DNA of 63,818 bases, filler included, from Octopus bimaculoides (taxonomy: Eukaryota): the NCBI RefSeq assembly GCF_001194135.2. It is 5 parts of 5 records of this genome, joined end to end, with 100 filler letters (N's around TTAATTAATTAA, not from the genome) between each part and the next. Parts side by side here need not be neighbours in the genome. Positions count along the whole stretch, not along the records: positions 62,780 to 63,818 come from NC_068987.1; 4 more parts are not named here. One strand, written 5' to 3'. Below are positions 63,799-63,818 of this stretch, piece by piece (the stretch's first letter is position 1; every line of letters starts with the position of its first letter). The notes beneath the pieces are model-generated. The model saw only the letters and a program-made list of their open reading frames with translations. It searched no databases and had not been told where the DNA came from. The translations under genes and the position numbers were made by a program.

Positions 63799-63818
63799 CA
63801 TATATATATATATATATA

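Overview
AT-rich, repeat-saturated eukaryotic DNA, most likely from an octopus (O. bimaculoides-like). That assignment is inferred from my recall of the SINE families and the microsatellite density; it was not searched. No complete protein-coding gene, tRNA, rRNA or CRISPR array is visible. Nearly all listed ORFs are microsatellite or N-gap artefacts, or decayed transposon pieces. Four artificial 44N-TTAATTAATTAA-44N spacers split the window into five joined scaffolds (1-31269, 31370-39906, 40007-42639, 42740-62679, 62780-63818), so adjacency across them is not trustworthy. The content includes tRNA-derived SINEs (one dimeric family and one with an internal microsatellite), Tc1/mariner remnants, hAT- and Kolobok-type MITEs, and R4/Dong and RTE LINE fragments. 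It also has Penelope-like element (PLE) GIY-YIG fragments, a CpG-rich 220-bp two-variant satellite and one candidate isolated exon. The most notable signals are: four distinct minimal type-I hammerhead ribozyme motifs with palindromic stem III, one in a retrozyme-like terminally redundant unit; a near-perfect 51-bp hairpin with no transposon signature; a CENP-B-box-like motif in the satellite; and a possible degenerate SECIS upstream of a PLE hammerhead.
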